Source of the DNA: Thermodesulfobacteriota bacterium
GTDB taxonomy: Bacteria; Desulfobacterota; Desulfarculia; JACQYL01
Assembly (NCBI GenBank): GCA_963675595.2
Contig: CAXXLZ010000002.1
Location: forward strand, 2,784,001 to 2,848,000
Length of the DNA stretch: 64,000 nt
Reading direction: 5' to 3'
Made by a program: the position numbers and the translations under genes. The notes under the pieces are model-generated. The model saw only the letters and a program-made list of their open reading frames with translations. It did no database searches and had not been told where the DNA came from. Of the stretch, positions 1 to 9,268 are shown piece by piece (position 1 is the stretch's first letter; each line of letters starts with the position of its first letter).

Positions 1-239
1 CCGCCGCATTCCTCGGTGGTGCACTTGGAATACAGTCTGGAGTGATGAGGCATGCTCACGAACACATCGCCCACCGAGCTGTCAACGGTGGGATTCTGGC
101 TAAGCACACGGTCTTCGTTGCGATAGTAGTAACCCACGTCGGTGTAAGCCATCATACCAACCACAAAGTCCGCCTTCGCGGGTACCGCAAAGCTCACCGC
201 GATGACCAAAGCCGCGGCCACCAAAAACAACCTTCTCAT
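1..239 (-). CDS. Secreted/outer-membrane (porin-like) protein, 5' part; runs off the window start
   Basis: Read manually: ATG at 239 preceded by the RBS GGAGGAG. MRRLFLVAAALVIAVSFAVPAKA is a Sec signal peptide (AxA). The frame stays open to position 1 (DFVVGMMAYTDVGYYYRNEDR...). The porin call is an inference. Confidence 0.7.
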   Translation of the reverse strand, partial: MRRLFLVAAALVIAVSFAVPAKADFVVGMMAYTDVGYYYRNEDRVLSQNPTVDSSVGDVFVSMPHHSRLYSKCTTEECG

Positions 240-406
240 GTTCTCTCCTCCTAATGATTCGTCAATTGCTGACCGGACCCTCTAAATCCGGCCAATTGTA
301 CAACTCACCAACTCCCTCTAACAAAGACTCTCCGTGTCACCTCCTCACCTGTTGGATTTGAGGGGAAAAATCCCCTCCCATTGAGCGTATCCGGCTCAAT
401 AATCGC

Positions 407-435
407 CGAATAACATTACCCATAGATTGTGTCAA
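407..435 (-). promoter_or_regulatory. Putative sigma70 promoter for the porin-like gene
   Basis: Minus strand TTGACA (435-430), 17 bp spacer, TATTCG with an upstream TG. Confidence 0.45.
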
Positions 436-474
436 GATTTTTTTGCAGAAATGTGTGGTCTTTTCAATACCCTA

Positions 475-1068
475 CTACGCCTCTACACGCCGGTCCTTCT
501 TGCGCCTCGCGCCCGGCAAAGGACGCATCTCCGCTCCCTTGCCCAATTCCTTCAAGTGGACATGGATCCCTCTGAAAAAAGGCAGCCGCCATCGCACCTG
601 TTTGAACAAAATCCGCATGAGAATATAAAAAAGCAGGAACGGAAACGCGTACCCCACCCGGTTTCCCGCGAAAGGCAGAGGAAAGGGCAATTCGAACGGA
701 ACCCCGGAAAAACGTTTGCCCATCCAGTCGAGCGCCAAAGGAATCGGCCAAAGCATTCCCGCTCCCAGGGCGATCTGGTAGAAGAAGGACCGGCCGAAAG
801 CATCGTTGGCTTGCTTGTTGCACGCCGTGTACCCCGCCTTGTCCCCCAACTCCAGCGCCTCCATGGACAGATTGTGCATTTTGACCATTTCCTCGTTGTG
901 ATCCCGGATGAATTTCCGATTGATCAACAGGGCCGACGCCATGGTCAGTTCGCCGCACAGCACCGCCAGCAAAGCCAGCACCGCCGTCCCCAGGTAGAAG
1001 CCCAGCCACGGGTTCTCCGGAACGCGGTACCCGTAAATCAAAAGGGCGTCCATCCATTCAGGCCACAT
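475..1068 (-). CDS. Conserved membrane protein usually encoded next to TauE/SafE genes in sulfate reducers
   Basis: Hydrophobic segments and the motif YTACNKQANDAFGRSFF. Start at MWPEW has RBS AGGGG. Directly downstream of tauE. Confidence 0.7.
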   Translation of the reverse strand: MWPEWMDALLIYGYRVPENPWLGFYLGTAVLALLAVLCGELTMASALLINRKFIRDHNEEMVKMHNLSMEALELGDKAGYTACNKQANDAFGRSFFYQIALGAGMLWPIPLALDWMGKRFSGVPFELPFPLPFAGNRVGYAFPFLLFYILMRILFKQVRWRLPFFRGIHVHLKELGKGAEMRPLPGARRKKDRRVEA

Positions 1069-1114
1069 ATTCCCCTGTTCCCATTCCCACAGGCCGTCGG
1101 CCCGCACCGAAACA

Positions 1115-2263
1115 TCAGAAAGGCGGCAGCCAACTCGTTCCTAAGAAGCCCTTGGTGGTGTAACGAATACCCACGTAAAGCGCCAATACCACGAACAACC
1201 TCTTGAGCCAGATGTCCGGTATATACTTGGAGGTTCTGGGACCGATCATGGATCCCACGAAGATTCCGATTAATTCCACGCCGATGAGCCCCCAATGGAC
1301 CGGAACGTCCTTGCTGACCATGTAGGTCGTAACGGAAATCACCATGCCCACGAGCACCGTCAATGCGGAAGTACCGGCCACCAGGAACATGGGCAGACCG
1401 GCTATGGAGGTCAGAAAAGGAACGAACAGGAATCCGCCGCCCACGCCGATGAAAGAAGCCATCGCGGCAATGAGCAGACCGCCGATAACCGGCACGATGG
1501 GGGTAAAGCTGAATTCGGCTCCGAAGAAGGTAAAGTGCACTTTCGCGGGGCTCCAACTCAAGACTTTGACCCCTTGCTCCAGTGCGGCGCTCGAATCCTT
1601 TTGTTTGACGGATTTCTCGAAAGCCGCGGCCGCCGCTTTGGCCGCTTTCTTTCGGGCCTGACCCCTCGGAGTGGTTTCATAGAAAAGGAATCCGCCGATA
1701 ATCAAGACCACCAGTCCGAAGTACCCCAAGTACTCTCGGAGATTGATCTTGCCCGCGGTGAATACGGGTATCAGGTAGGACCCCAGGATCGAGCCCAATG
1801 CAAGACAGATCCCCAGAGGAAGCACCAGTCTCCGCATGCGATAGTAGTTGAGAGAACTGATGAAGGCGCTCAAGCCCACCAGCCACTGGTTCGAAACCCG
1901 AATCGAGTCCGTGATCGTCTTGTTCAGCGGATGTCCTTTGCCGAAAGACTTGGCATAGTCCCCCAGTCCGAAAACCGTGATGTGGCCCACTCCGGCCATG
2001 ATGCCCCCGAAGGCGCCCACACTGGAGAAAATCCACCCCACCCAGATCGCCCAGAAAAAGCCCACCACATAGCTCACCTGAGGCCCGCCGGGGATCCCCA
2101 GAAATCCGGGAGCGGCGTTGGGGTCCAACCGCCCGCTTTCGATGCCCGCTTGAATGGCGTCGGAAAGGGTATCCGCGAAAGCGGGCGCCGCAATCAATAA
2201 ACCAACGGATAGAAGAAGCCAAACCGCCAACCCGACCGAACACATCCTCACACCAAGCTTCAT
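1115..2263 (-). CDS. Sulfite exporter TauE/SafE (TSUP) family protein
   Basis: Multi-TM protein with motifs GAFGGIMAGVG and FIGVGGGFLFVPFL...VAGTS; RBS GGAGGTGA. Confidence 0.85.
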   Translation of the reverse strand: MKLGVRMCSVGLAVWLLLSVGLLIAAPAFADTLSDAIQAGIESGRLDPNAAPGFLGIPGGPQVSYVVGFFWAIWVGWIFSSVGAFGGIMAGVGHITVFGLGDYAKSFGKGHPLNKTITDSIRVSNQWLVGLSAFISSLNYYRMRRLVLPLGICLALGSILGSYLIPVFTAGKINLREYLGYFGLVVLIIGGFLFYETTPRGQARKKAAKAAAAAFEKSVKQKDSSAALEQGVKVLSWSPAKVHFTFFGAEFSFTPIVPVIGGLLIAAMASFIGVGGGFLFVPFLTSIAGLPMFLVAGTSALTVLVGMVISVTTYMVSKDVPVHWGLIGVELIGIFVGSMIGPRTSKYIPDIWLKRLFVVLALYVGIRYTTKGFLGTSWLPPF

Positions 2264-2366
2264 TCGTCACCTCCAGACCGTTTCAACCGCAGGGGCCTTT
2301 TCACCCCGCCGTCACGGGTTGTTATGAAATTCTTCCATATCTCCCGGCTTCAGCCGGGAAGTTACC

Positions 2367-2382
2367 TGCATGAGCCGAGCCC
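2367..2382 (-). promoter_or_regulatory. Possible sigma54 (-24/-12) promoter upstream of tauE
   Basis: Minus strand GGGCTCGGCTCATGCA has GG-N10-GC spacing but is an imperfect match to TGGCAC-N5-TTGC. Confidence 0.3.
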
Positions 2383-2404
2383 TCTCCAACCTTCGCACCC
2401 GAGA

Positions 2405-3244
2405 TCATTCCACTCCGAGCTCTTCTTTGATGCGTCGGATGATGTTCAGAAACGCCCGCGCCACATCCGAATCCGGACGCGCTTCGAACACGGGTGTGCC
2501 GTTGTCGCTTAGGGAAACCAATTCAGGATCCAAAGGAATCCCGCCCAGAAACGGCAGCCCGGCTTCCGATGCCAGCCTTTTCCCGCCTCCGGTCTTGAAC
2601 GGATCGATGACCCCGCCGCAGTGAGGACACACGAGCCCGCTCATGTTCTCCACAATCCCCATTCGCAGGTTCAGTCGGCGACAAAATTGTACGGACTTGC
2701 GCACGTCGGCCAGCGAAAGCTCTTGGGAAGTGGTCACGATCACCGCGAAGGCGTCCGGAATCATACGAGCCGCGGTCATGGGCTCGTCGCCGGTACCGGG
2801 CGGCGCGTCCACCACGAGATAATCCAGGTCTCCCCAAGGAACATCCGCGACGAATTGACGGATCATGTTGGTTTTGAGGGGGCCTTTCCAGATAACCGAC
2901 GCGTCCTTGTCGCGAAGGAGCGATTCCACGGACATGACCTCAAAGCCTTCGCGATAGACGACGGGGTCCATGGTCCGGTCCTCCCGGACCCGAGTCATCC
3001 GGTCCTTGATTCCGAGGAGTCCGGGTACGCTGGGACCATGTAGATCCACGTCCAGCAGGCCCACTTTGGAGCCTTCGGCATACAACCCGCAGGCCAGGTT
3101 CACGGCAACGGTGCTCTTACCCACCCCACCCTTGCCGCTCATGACCAACAGCTTGTGCCTGATATGGTCGAGAGACCGCCGGATCATTTCATCCTGGAGG
3201 GCTTTCACGGCACCCCGACAAGATTTCCCTTTTTCAGCGGTCAT
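2405..3244 (-). CDS. mrp: Mrp/NBP35 (ApbC) family Fe-S cluster carrier ATPase
   Basis: SGKGGVGKST, DVDLHGPS, DYLVVDAPPGTGDE, ENMS..CPHCG. Confidence 0.92.
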   Translation of the reverse strand: MTAEKGKSCRGAVKALQDEMIRRSLDHIRHKLLVMSGKGGVGKSTVAVNLACGLYAEGSKVGLLDVDLHGPSVPGLLGIKDRMTRVREDRTMDPVVYREGFEVMSVESLLRDKDASVIWKGPLKTNMIRQFVADVPWGDLDYLVVDAPPGTGDEPMTAARMIPDAFAVIVTTSQELSLADVRKSVQFCRRLNLRMGIVENMSGLVCPHCGGVIDPFKTGGGKRLASEAGLPFLGGIPLDPELVSLSDNGTPVFEARPDSDVARAFLNIIRRIKEELGVE

Positions 3245-3346
3245 CGGTCCGCCTCTGAAATCTCCGAATCCATAAATACCTCATAGAATCTCTTCACGAA
3301 ACCCCACCCGCTCGAACGATACGAGCGCGGAAGTCATGGCGCCTCA

Positions 3347-4504
3347 TCAGCCGCGACCGGCCCCGGCCGTCTTCATGGTCTCGATCTCCTCGGCGGGGCG
3401 GCCGCCTCCCATTGTGCGTCCCATTCGGTCCCGCAAAGCGGACCTCACCGCTTCCATCTCTTCGTCGTCCGGAATGTAAGGGTAGTTCCACTGGCGCACG
3501 CCGGGCAGACAGTTCCCGAAGGGACGATTGCACGCCACTTCCCCGTCCCTGCCGGGACAACCCGAGGTCATAAAAGGAGTCCGCCGCTCCACGGTTTCCA
3601 GAAAAACCTTCTCCGGAACCCCGAAGTCCCGGATGCGGCCGGCGTCGTCGAAACGCATGCTCTCGGCCCGGACTTGGTTTTCCTCGATGAGAAAACGGGC
3701 GACCTGCAACATGAGGTACTCATCCCAAGGAGGCTGGGGTAGATGTGCAAGCCGAGAATTCGATTCCGCGAAGAAACTGAACAGGTGGATCAGAGCCCCC
3801 GCATCGTGAACGCGCTGGAAGACTTCCACAAGCCGGCGTTGAGTTTCCCCCAGCCCCACGATCAGATGCACGCTCACTCGGAACTCCCCGAAAATGCTTA
3901 CCGAATCGTGAACCGTTCGCCAATATCGGTCCCAACGATGAGGCCCCCGTACGCCCGCTCCACGAAACTCCTTGAAAAGGTCTTCGTCGGCGGCATCCAG
4001 AGCCACCCCGATCATGTCGGCGCCGGCATCGCGGTAAGCTTCCAGGTCCTTTGAGGACAACACGGTGGGAGCGCAAAGAACGGAAAGAGGGAGATCGCAG
4101 GCCGAAGTGATGGTACGAGTGAGATTCAAGGTATCCCGTACCGCCCGCGGATGAGTGACCATTGAGATGCAAACCCGTCGCAATCTTTGCGATTGCGTCC
4201 TCATGCGCTCAATGATTTCCGAGACCGGCAGCGTGGGCCACCCCACTTTGATGAAGCTCTTTTCCTCATACTCTCCGGGACGATGGCGCGCCAAACCGCA
4301 ATAGGCGCAATTGGCGCGACAGCCTTCCGCGTAGGTCAGAAGAAGATTCACACAAGGATTTTTCGCACCTCGGTAAAAACGGCCCGGCAAGAACCCGAGC
4401 TCCATGGCGGTGGCCGTGCTCAGTTTCAGCACATCCGGGCTCTCCAGACGGACTTCCGGTTCACCGCAGGCGCCCTGAGGTTGAAAAACTTCCGTATCAG
4501 CCAT
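3347..4504 (-). CDS. Radical SAM protein, LipS2-type lipoyl synthase subunit
   Basis: CRANCAYC (CxxxCxxC) and C-terminal TSGCPG...CNRP, matching the LipS2 TxGCPxC(N/D)RP motif with an insertion; overlaps the lipoate ligase stop. Confidence 0.8.
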   Translation of the reverse strand: MADTEVFQPQGACGEPEVRLESPDVLKLSTATAMELGFLPGRFYRGAKNPCVNLLLTYAEGCRANCAYCGLARHRPGEYEEKSFIKVGWPTLPVSEIIERMRTQSQRLRRVCISMVTHPRAVRDTLNLTRTITSACDLPLSVLCAPTVLSSKDLEAYRDAGADMIGVALDAADEDLFKEFRGAGVRGPHRWDRYWRTVHDSVSIFGEFRVSVHLIVGLGETQRRLVEVFQRVHDAGALIHLFSFFAESNSRLAHLPQPPWDEYLMLQVARFLIEENQVRAESMRFDDAGRIRDFGVPEKVFLETVERRTPFMTSGCPGRDGEVACNRPFGNCLPGVRQWNYPYIPDDEEMEAVRSALRDRMGRTMGGGRPAEEIETMKTAGAGRG

Positions 4505-5600
4505 GGGCTTCCTTTGCTGATTCCAATAGTCCGGAAGACGAAGGAGTGGGCCGTTTCGCGGCTACAACGGCTTCCGCCAGAGCTTCGGGATCCACTCCGT
4601 GAATCATGTCCGGCACCCAGACCTTCCGGATGGCTTCCAGAACCGATTCCTTTCCCACATAGGTCCATTTCAGCGCCGACTCGATCCGATTTACCGATTC
4701 CACGGATGAAAAGAAATCCCCGGTAATCACCACCTGATCGATGACGTTGCCGGCAGTGGAAAGGTACACTTGGAGCAGCCCGCCCGGTGTCTTTCGGAGC
4801 GCTTCCCCCATGCGGGACCGTGGATGCTTGTGGGAAAAGACCCAGGACGGATCGCGGTAACGGTTCATTTCCAACTCCCGCGCCGTCCGTTCTTCCCATT
4901 CCGTGGGGCTCGAGTTTTCGAAACGGACCTGCAACTCCTCCTCGAAGGATCGGATCACGGCCCTTATCACTTCGTCCATCCCCGGGTTCCGTCCCGCCTC
5001 CCGGGAAATGGTGGTCAATCTTTCGCTGAAACAGCTGTATCCTTTGTCGTAGATCTTCTCCGTGGGCGTGTTCATGATGTCCAGCATGAGGTCCACGTCG
5101 AATTCCACCAGAAGACTCGCATGAAACAGCACCGCATTGCCGATTTCATTGGAAGCGGACAAACCCGCCAGCTTTTTGCCGCTCACCTCGATATCGTTCT
5201 TGGGACGAAATCCGGCTTCGATTCCCAGAGCTTCCAAAGCACGCATCACCGCCCGACTCATGGCCTGGAAAAGGCTCCGGATCCCTTTTCCGGTTCTTGA
5301 GTTTCCAAGAGAGACTCCGAGCCCGAGAGCCACCACCTCCGGCCCCATGATCACCGTTCCGCCGCCGGTGCTCCTGCGATTATAGGCAACGCCTCGATCT
5401 TTGCACCGATCGAGCTTCAGAGCGGCCCGTATGTCCTGGTATCGCCCCACGATGGCGGCGGGTTCAAAAGTATATAGATGAAGAATGGGAGGGGAATTCC
5501 GCTGAAAAACGGCATGGGGCAACATATCGTCCACGGACAGGCCTTCCGTGACGGGCACACGACGTTTCCAGTCTTCGAAGAGTCTCCACGTTTCCGTCAT
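4497..5600 (-). CDS. Lipoate:protein ligase (LplA catalytic domain plus C-terminal accessory domain; sLpl(AB)-like)
   Basis: RRSTGGGTV, FRPKNDIEVSGKKLAG, HASLL, and C-terminal KTPGGL...ITGDFF. Confidence 0.9.
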   Translation of the reverse strand: MTETWRLFEDWKRRVPVTEGLSVDDMLPHAVFQRNSPPILHLYTFEPAAIVGRYQDIRAALKLDRCKDRGVAYNRRSTGGGTVIMGPEVVALGLGVSLGNSRTGKGIRSLFQAMSRAVMRALEALGIEAGFRPKNDIEVSGKKLAGLSASNEIGNAVLFHASLLVEFDVDLMLDIMNTPTEKIYDKGYSCFSERLTTISREAGRNPGMDEVIRAVIRSFEEELQVRFENSSPTEWEERTARELEMNRYRDPSWVFSHKHPRSRMGEALRKTPGGLLQVYLSTAGNVIDQVVITGDFFSSVESVNRIESALKWTYVGKESVLEAIRKVWVPDMIHGVDPEALAEAVVAAKRPTPSSSGLLESAKEAHG

Positions 5601-5604
5601 GAAA

Positions 5605-6045
5605 TCACGATGTCTTGGCGCGTTCTTCTTCCGCGTGGGAGATTTCCCGATCGATCCATTCCTTCACCGCGTCTCCATGGAACAGCTTGGAGAGCTCCTC
5701 ATCCAGATCCGAGGGCTTCATCCGAAACACCCAACCGCCCCCATAAGGGTCCGTGTTGACCAAAGTGACTTCGTCTTCCAGGTCCTCGTTCACCTCGATG
5801 ATCGTGCCGGAGAGGGGAGAGCACAGTTTGCCGATCCACTTACGGCTCTGAATCTTTCCGCAGACTTCCCCCTGCTCCACTTCGTCGTCTTCCTCGGGCA
5901 TGTCCACAAACACGATCTCTCCGGCCTCTTTCTGAAAGAAATCGTTCATCCCCACCGTTACGCTCCCGTCCTCTTCAAGGCGGGCCCAACTATGTTCCTC
6001 GTGATAGTAAAGATCATCAGGCAGCGAAAAATCCTGGAATTCCAT
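5605..6045 (-). CDS. Lipoyl-carrier protein, GcvH fold (LbpA-like)
   Basis: LPDDLYYHEEHSW, VGMNDF, lipoyl-Lys motif IQSRKWIG (LbpA-like ESGKWVG type), VNTDPYGGGW; RBS AAGGAG. No gcvT or gcvP in the window. Confidence 0.88.
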   Translation of the reverse strand: MEFQDFSLPDDLYYHEEHSWARLEEDGSVTVGMNDFFQKEAGEIVFVDMPEEDDEVEQGEVCGKIQSRKWIGKLCSPLSGTIIEVNEDLEDEVTLVNTDPYGGGWVFRMKPSDLDEELSKLFHGDAVKEWIDREISHAEEERAKTS

Positions 6046-6123
6046 GGCCCTTCTCTCCTTTCTCAGCAACGCGCCAACCGATCCCGCCGGGTGAAGTCCA
6101 CCGTCTTCCCGGCCCGATTCGTC

Positions 6124-6381
6124 TCAAACGGACCCCGCCATTTTCCGGTTCACCTTGGTACGGATTTCAAAAAGATTCTCCGAACCGTGTAATTCTCCCG
6201 CAAGGAAACGCTCACGCGTCCGCACCGGTTCCGGATTCAAATATCGGAGACCCCCGACGCAGACGGCACCACCACAATTGTTGCACACTCTGCGGCCCGG
6301 GTAAAGAGACTCGTCCGAATCAACATGGTCCCGACAGGCTCTCAACCGCCAGTCTTTTGATTCCACATCCATATTCACCAT
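6124..6381 (-). CDS. Possible small hypothetical protein (85 aa, CxxC)
   Basis: ORF fills the gap between hdrA and the lipoyl-carrier gene on the same strand; no recognisable family, so it may be non-coding. Confidence 0.25.
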   Translation of the reverse strand: MVNMDVESKDWRLRACRDHVDSDESLYPGRRVCNNCGGAVCVGGLRYLNPEPVRTRERFLAGELHGSENLFEIRTKVNRKMAGSV

Positions 6382-6411
6382 CCGCTTTCCAGAAATTTCG
6401 GCCTTGCCCGC

Positions 6412-9261
6412 TTATGGGGACGGGGTTACGTCAAGCAACGCGGCGATCCTTGCAGACATCGCCGAGTCGGGCGGATCGCTCAGCGTGATGGCTCCCGCGG
6501 GACATTCGGCAACGCAGACACCGCAAGCACGACACAAGAAAGGGTCGATTCGGCTCACGTTCCCATCTCTGACGGCGGGTGCGCCGTAGGGACAGACTCG
6601 GACACAGGCCAGGCACGCTTGACAACGCCCCGCATCCACTACCGCGGAAACTCTCTCACGGCCCAGATCCTTGAGGAACAGAGCCGCACGCAAGGCCGCG
6701 GACTTGGCCTGCCGCACCGTTTCCTCCAAAGACTTGGGCGATTGGACCAGTCCGGCCGCAAAAACCCCGAAAACCGCCGTTTCTTCACTCAATAAGGGCA
6801 TACGGGCGTCGGAGATGAAACCTGAATCGTCCCGGGCGACCCCGAGTTCCTTCAGCCATTCCCCGGAGTCTCCCGGAACCATGGCCGATGCCAGCACCAG
6901 TCGGTCGGCGGGTGTCTCGATGTCCGCGTTAAGCAACTCATCGAAAAAGACAACGTAGACGCGTCCACCCCGGATTTCAACTCGAGGCTTCCGCTCGGGC
7001 GAAAACCGCGAGAACAGGATACCCGCCTCCCTCGCCTCCCGATAAAGCTCCTCCCGAAAACCATAGGTCCGAATGTCGCGGTGCAAAATAAATATCGAGG
7101 CCTGGGGGCGAAGCTTTTTCAAAAAAAGAGCGCTTTGAATGGAATGAGTGCAACAAACCCGGCTGCAGTAAGGCCTGTCCGAATCCCGAGACCCCACGCA
7201 TTGGATGAAGACCGCACGGGACACATCGTTCAGGGCCTCCGCCCCCAATCGCAGCTGTTCGTCCATCTCTCCGTGAGTCAGCACGCCAGGATGGCTTCCA
7301 TACCCGTATAACGAAGGGCGGATTTCCTCCGCCCCGGTGGCTACGACCACCGCCCCGTGCTCCAAAACACTGCGGGCTCCTTCGGGACCCTCGAGCTCCG
7401 TGATGAACGCGCCTCCTCGACCTCGCGTGCGCAGAGGCCGCGTCCGGTTCATCATGGTGAGCAAGGGTTCGGTCCGGGCCTCGGCCAACAGTCCCTCCAT
7501 AAAAGGAGGTACGGGCGTACCATTCCACAGGGCGGCCATGCGACGTGCGTTCCCGCCGAAAGTCTCGGTACGCTCGACCAACACCACCGGCACCCGCATT
7601 CGGCACAGTTCCAGAGAAACGCACAATCCCGCCGCACCGCCTCCCACCACCAGCACTTCCTTACGGAAAGGAATCGACTTGATTTCCGGCGGAGCGCCGG
7701 CCGTCACTGAGGCCAGGGCCTCATTCACGAGGGATCGGGCCTTTCCCAATGCCGCATGAGGAGCGTCCCGGTGAACCCAAGCGCATTGCTCCCTCAGGTT
7801 GGCCATGGCCATAAAGCGAGGAGGGAAGCCTGCGGCTTCCAATCGGTTCTTGAACAGAGGCCCCAAGATCCTTTCGGAGCAGGAGGCGATCACCAGCCGG
7901 TTCAGATCGTGCGTCCGGACCGCGGACATCATGGAAGCCAATGCCGCATCGCTGCACGCATAAGAAGTCCGTTCCGTGTGCGCCACCAAAGGAAGGGAAG
8001 CGCATCGGGTTTCCAGGCTTGAAAGGTCGATCACGTTGCCCACGTTCCCGCCGCACCCGCACAAAAAAACGCCGACGCGGGGAGGTCCGTCGTTCACCGT
8101 GGTATTCGGAAGTCGTTTGGGAGCCGTCGCGTCCTCGAGGAGAGTCCGGGCGCAGCAGGCCGCGGCGGCCGAAGCCTGGGATAGAGACTCCGCCACGTCT
8201 TTTGGACTCTCAAAAGCCCCCGCAACATAAATTCCCGGGCGGGAAGTCCACACCGAGTCCAAAGGATCGGTCGAAGCGAATCCGTAAGGGTTCAGGTCGA
8301 CGCCCAACACTTCCGCCGTTCGGCGTGCCTCCACCGACGGCTGCAATCCGACGCTCAACACTGCCAGGTCCACCTCTCGTTCTTGTCTCGCTCCGTCTTC
8401 CGATTCAAAGCAGAATCGCAGGCTTCCCGTTTCCGGAGCTTCTTCGATGGCGGGAATTCGCCCGTAAGCGAATTCGACGCCGTGGTCTCGCCGAGCCTTT
8501 TCGAAGTAGGGATCCAAGTCTTTTTCATGCGCGCGAACATCCATGAAATAGATGCGGACCTCGGCGTCCGGAAGCAGTTCCTTAACGGCCACGGCCTCCT
8601 TTACGGCATAGGCGCAGCACACGGAGGAGCAGTAGGGATTACCGCATCGGGTGTCCCTGGAGCCCACGCACTGAAGGAACGCGATCCGCTGAGGAGTCGC
8701 CCCGTCGGACGGACGAAGCAGTCCCCTGCCGGAAGATTCGCCGGGACGAATCCATTCCTCCAAGTCCACCGAAGTCACCACATTGGGCATTCGGCCGTAT
8801 CCGTATTCCGGTTTCAGGGCGGCATCGAAGGGAACACAACCCGGCGCCAGAATCACGGCCTGAACATCCAACGTTTCTTTGGACCGGAGGCCTTCTTCCG
8901 GGCCGTGGATTACGGAAACGGAGAAGCTGCCGGATGTGCCCGAAAAGGCGTCGATCTCCGCATTCGTCCATATTCGGATACCCGGGCGGGTCGCAGCTTC
9001 GTTCACACGACTCGACAATACGCAGTCCGCACAGTCGTTGGTGGGAAACAGTTTGTCCAGCCGGGCGAGGAGGCCCCCGGGAGAGGAAGCGGAATCCAAG
9101 ACAACGCATCCGAGTCCCAGGTCGTCCAGGTCCAAAGCCGCCTGCAATCCCGCGATTCCTCCACCTACGACCAGGACTGTGGAAAGATTGTTCGGTGCTG
9201 GTTGAATATCACTGGCTTTCATGGCATTGGCGTCGGTTTCTTTCAGGTTGTGCTTTCCCAA
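6412..9261 (-). CDS. hdrA: Heterodisulfide reductase subunit A-like flavoprotein (two FAD modules, C-terminal 2x[4Fe-4S])
   Basis: VVGGGIAG..LDKLFPTNDC, LQCVGSRD..YCSSVCC, VGVFLCGCG, NLREQCAWVH, second module VVGGGAAG..IQCVGSRD..YCSRVCC, C-terminal CQACLACVRVC and CRACGVCVAEC. Confidence 0.9.
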   Translation of the reverse strand: MGKHNLKETDANAMKASDIQPAPNNLSTVLVVGGGIAGLQAALDLDDLGLGCVVLDSASSPGGLLARLDKLFPTNDCADCVLSSRVNEAATRPGIRIWTNAEIDAFSGTSGSFSVSVIHGPEEGLRSKETLDVQAVILAPGCVPFDAALKPEYGYGRMPNVVTSVDLEEWIRPGESSGRGLLRPSDGATPQRIAFLQCVGSRDTRCGNPYCSSVCCAYAVKEAVAVKELLPDAEVRIYFMDVRAHEKDLDPYFEKARRDHGVEFAYGRIPAIEEAPETGSLRFCFESEDGARQEREVDLAVLSVGLQPSVEARRTAEVLGVDLNPYGFASTDPLDSVWTSRPGIYVAGAFESPKDVAESLSQASAAAACCARTLLEDATAPKRLPNTTVNDGPPRVGVFLCGCGGNVGNVIDLSSLETRCASLPLVAHTERTSYACSDAALASMMSAVRTHDLNRLVIASCSERILGPLFKNRLEAAGFPPRFMAMANLREQCAWVHRDAPHAALGKARSLVNEALASVTAGAPPEIKSIPFRKEVLVVGGGAAGLCVSLELCRMRVPVVLVERTETFGGNARRMAALWNGTPVPPFMEGLLAEARTEPLLTMMNRTRPLRTRGRGGAFITELEGPEGARSVLEHGAVVVATGAEEIRPSLYGYGSHPGVLTHGEMDEQLRLGAEALNDVSRAVFIQCVGSRDSDRPYCSRVCCTHSIQSALFLKKLRPQASIFILHRDIRTYGFREELYREAREAGILFSRFSPERKPRVEIRGGRVYVVFFDELLNADIETPADRLVLASAMVPGDSGEWLKELGVARDDSGFISDARMPLLSEETAVFGVFAAGLVQSPKSLEETVRQAKSAALRAALFLKDLGRERVSAVVDAGRCQACLACVRVCPYGAPAVRDGNVSRIDPFLCRACGVCVAECPAGAITLSDPPDSAMSARIAALLDVTPSP

Positions 9262-9268
9262 TGTGAGA

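Noticed and set aside
5605-6045. Calling the lipoyl carrier gcvH of a glycine cleavage system
   Set aside because: No gcvT/gcvP/lpd in the window, and the Lys motif (SRKWIG) is LbpA-like rather than ESVKAAS
6124-6381. mvhD gene or remnant, or a selenoprotein, after hdrA
   Set aside because: No MvhD motifs (FCCxxC, RVPCxG) were seen, and no in-frame TGA interrupts the Hdr reading frames
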